NCBI GenBank assembly: GCA_038245905.1
Contig: JBBRRY010000053.1
Span: forward strand, 1-14,843
DNA: 14,843 nucleotides
Direction of reading: 5' to 3'
Origin: Thermoanaerobaculia bacterium
GTDB lineage: Bacteria > Acidobacteriota > Thermoanaerobaculia > UBA5066
Part shown: positions 13,351-14,843 of the stretch, piece by piece
How positions within the stretch are numbered: position 1 is the stretch's first letter
Layout: each line of letters opens with the position of its first letter
Program-made: the position numbers and the translations under genes
The notes under the pieces: generated by a model
Told to the model about the DNA's origin: nothing
Seen by the model: only the letters and a program-made list of their open reading frames with translations
Databases searched by the model: none

Positions 13351-14843
13351 ATGTCGTCTCGCGCGATCGGCGGCTCATCCGCAAGCGACGGCGAAACGAC
13401 TCTGGACACTCCGAGCGGCGGCAACGCCGAGGGCCGTGCGGGTCGATCGGACGGGACTGGGGCGGACGGAGGCTCTCCCGCCTCGGATGCGTTCGTCCGG
13501 CCGGGACTCGTCATCAACGGGCGTTACCGCGTCGAGAGGCTCCTCGCGCGCGGTGGAATGGGCGGCGTCTACCGCGTCGACGACCAGCTGTTCCCAGGGC
13601 GCCCGACAGCGCTCAAGATCTTCCTCCATCCGCAAAGGAGCACGGTCGAGCTGTTTCGCGCGGAGTTCAAGACGATGGCGTCGCTCCGCCATCCGAACGT
13701 CGCGCGCGTCTACGACTTCGAGCAGGTAGCGGGCGTGGACGCGTTCTTCTTCACGATGGAGCTCCTGCCCGGTGTCGCGCTCGATCGCTTCCTCGCCGAG
13801 CCGCGCGCGGAGGCCGAGACGTCCGACGCGGGCTCCCCCTCACCGCTGTCTCCGCTCGACAAGTCCGCGGTGCGGGGCCCGTCGGCCGGAAGGGTCGTGC
13901 CGTGGGAGGAGACGCTCGACCTCCTCGTGCCCGTCATCCGCGCGCTCGCGTATCTCCACGGCCGCGGCGTCGTCCACTTCGACCTGAAGCCCGGCAACAT
14001 CGTCGTCAGCTCACGCGGCAGAGAGCGGCAGGTGAAGGTTCTCGACTTCGGGCTCGCCGGCCTCCGCGGCCGCGGGCTCGTGATGGGAACGCCCCACTAC
14101 CTCTCTCCCGAGATCGCGAGCTCGAAGGAGGGCGACCACAGGTCCGATCTCTACAGCCTCGGCATCATGGCGTACCGTCTGCTCACCGGCGAGACGCCGT
14201 TCAGCGCGACGCAGGGCCTGAGCGTTCTCCTGAAGCGGAAGCTCACCGAGCCCGTGCGTTTCTCGGGCGACAACACCGCGCGCGTCCCGGCGTGGCTCAG
14301 GGAGATCGTCGAGCGGCTCTGCAGCGTGGATCCGGCCGGGCGTCCGGCGAGCGCGGGAGATCTTCTCGAGGAGATCAACCGCGCGGGCGGGCTCTCCTAC
14401 GAGCTCGAGACGCGCGACGCGAGAGAGAACTACCTCTTCTCGAGCGCGTTCGTCGGCCGCAGGCGGGAGATCGAGGACGTCCACCGCGCGATCGACGCGG
14501 GCCTCGAGGGCGACAAGCACGCCGGCCTCTTCGTGACCGGTCGCAGCGGCATGGGCAAGTCGCGCCTCATGCGCGAGGTGCGGCAGACCGTCCAGCTGCG
14601 CGGCGTGCCGTTCCTCGAGGTGGACTGCTTCGAGCGCGACCTCACGGAGTCCGGGCCGATGGCGAATCTCGTCCTCATGGCCGCCCGTCTCGCCACGTCC
14701 GTGGGCGCGCACTCGCTCCTGAACGCCCACGCGCCGGAGATGGTCAAGCTCGTGCCGTCCCTTCCTCTCGACGCGGGCGTCGTGCCCACGCCGCCGCTCG
14801 ACAACGCGGACGCCGAGCGCCGGCGCGTCCTCGAGGCGATCGC
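13351..14843 (+). CDS. Ser/Thr kinase (non-RD) fused to a P-loop AAA/STAND-like ATPase; 3' end lies outside the window
   Basis: Absent from the ORF track because there is no stop in the window. RBS GGAGG at 13340-13344, ATG 13351, frame +1 open to the end. Motifs: GRYRVERLLARGGMGGVY, ALK, HPNVARVYDF, HFDLKPGN (13975-13998), DFG, GTPHYLSPE, SDLYSLG, then FVGRRREI and Walker A GRSGMGKS (14539-14562). Confidence 0.92.
   Translation, partial: MSSRAIGGSSASDGETTLDTPSGGNAEGRAGRSDGTGADGGSPASDAFVRPGLVINGRYRVERLLARGGMGGVYRVDDQLFPGRPTALKIFLHPQRSTVELFRAEFKTMASLRHPNVARVYDFEQVAGVDAFFFTMELLPGVALDRFLAEPRAEAETSDAGSPSPLSPLDKSAVRGPSAGRVVPWEETLDLLVPVIRALAYLHGRGVVHFDLKPGNIVVSSRGRERQVKVLDFGLAGLRGRGLVMGTPHYLSPEIASSKEGDHRSDLYSLGIMAYRLLTGETPFSATQGLSVLLKRKLTEPVRFSGDNTARVPAWLREIVERLCSVDPAGRPASAGDLLEEINRAGGLSYELETRDARENYLFSSAFVGRRREIEDVHRAIDAGLEGDKHAGLFVTGRSGMGKSRLMREVRQTVQLRGVPFLEVDCFERDLTESGPMANLVLMAARLATSVGAHSLLNAHAPEMVKLVPSLPLDAGVVPTPPLDNADAERRRVLEAI

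Noticed and set aside
13245-13517. 91-aa N-terminal extension of the minus-strand kinase in the ORF track
   Set aside because: It overlaps the divergent kinase gene and the promoter region. MSLLPGVRLGPYEI is the typical start for this family.
57-14804. Many long overlapping or antisense ORFs (e.g. 979-2910 +, 3056-4051 -, 4294-5430 -, 5457-6806 -, 7160-8914 +, 10878-12110 +, 14011-14730 -)
   Set aside because: They are Arg/Pro/Ala-rich or antisense shadows of well-supported genes, as expected at high GC, and show no recognisable motifs.
1-14843. CRISPR arrays, IS elements, prophage genes, rRNA or riboswitches
   Set aside because: I saw no spaced direct repeats, terminal inverted repeats or mobile-element proteins. 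Intergenic gaps are all under about 120 bp and are largely accounted for by promoters.

Overview
High-GC bacterial window, probably Acidobacteriota of the Thermoanaerobaculia type (inferred from the protein repertoire, not proven). It starts with a 5'-truncated CspA/CspB-like S8 subtilase carrying a four-part (A-B-A'-B') C-terminal module. Next come a minus-strand tRNA-His(GTG)/tRNA-Arg(CCG) pair and a divergent pheA + type I-beta DAHP synthase operon. These are followed by a large secreted BNR/VPS10 beta-propeller protein, a small membrane protein, a small secreted beta-rich protein and a Zn-dependent alcohol dehydrogenase. The window ends with two divergent Hanks-type Ser/Thr kinases: a membrane kinase with a TolB/PD40-like propeller, and a 3'-truncated non-RD kinase fused to a P-loop ATPase that the ORF track missed. 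I found no integrase, transposase or CRISPR array. The most interesting points are the altered subtilase active site and its C-terminal module, the non-RD kinase-ATPase, several apparently leaderless genes, and the small secreted protein flanked by a 10-bp direct repeat. None of these is a demonstrated new system; all are hypotheses to test.
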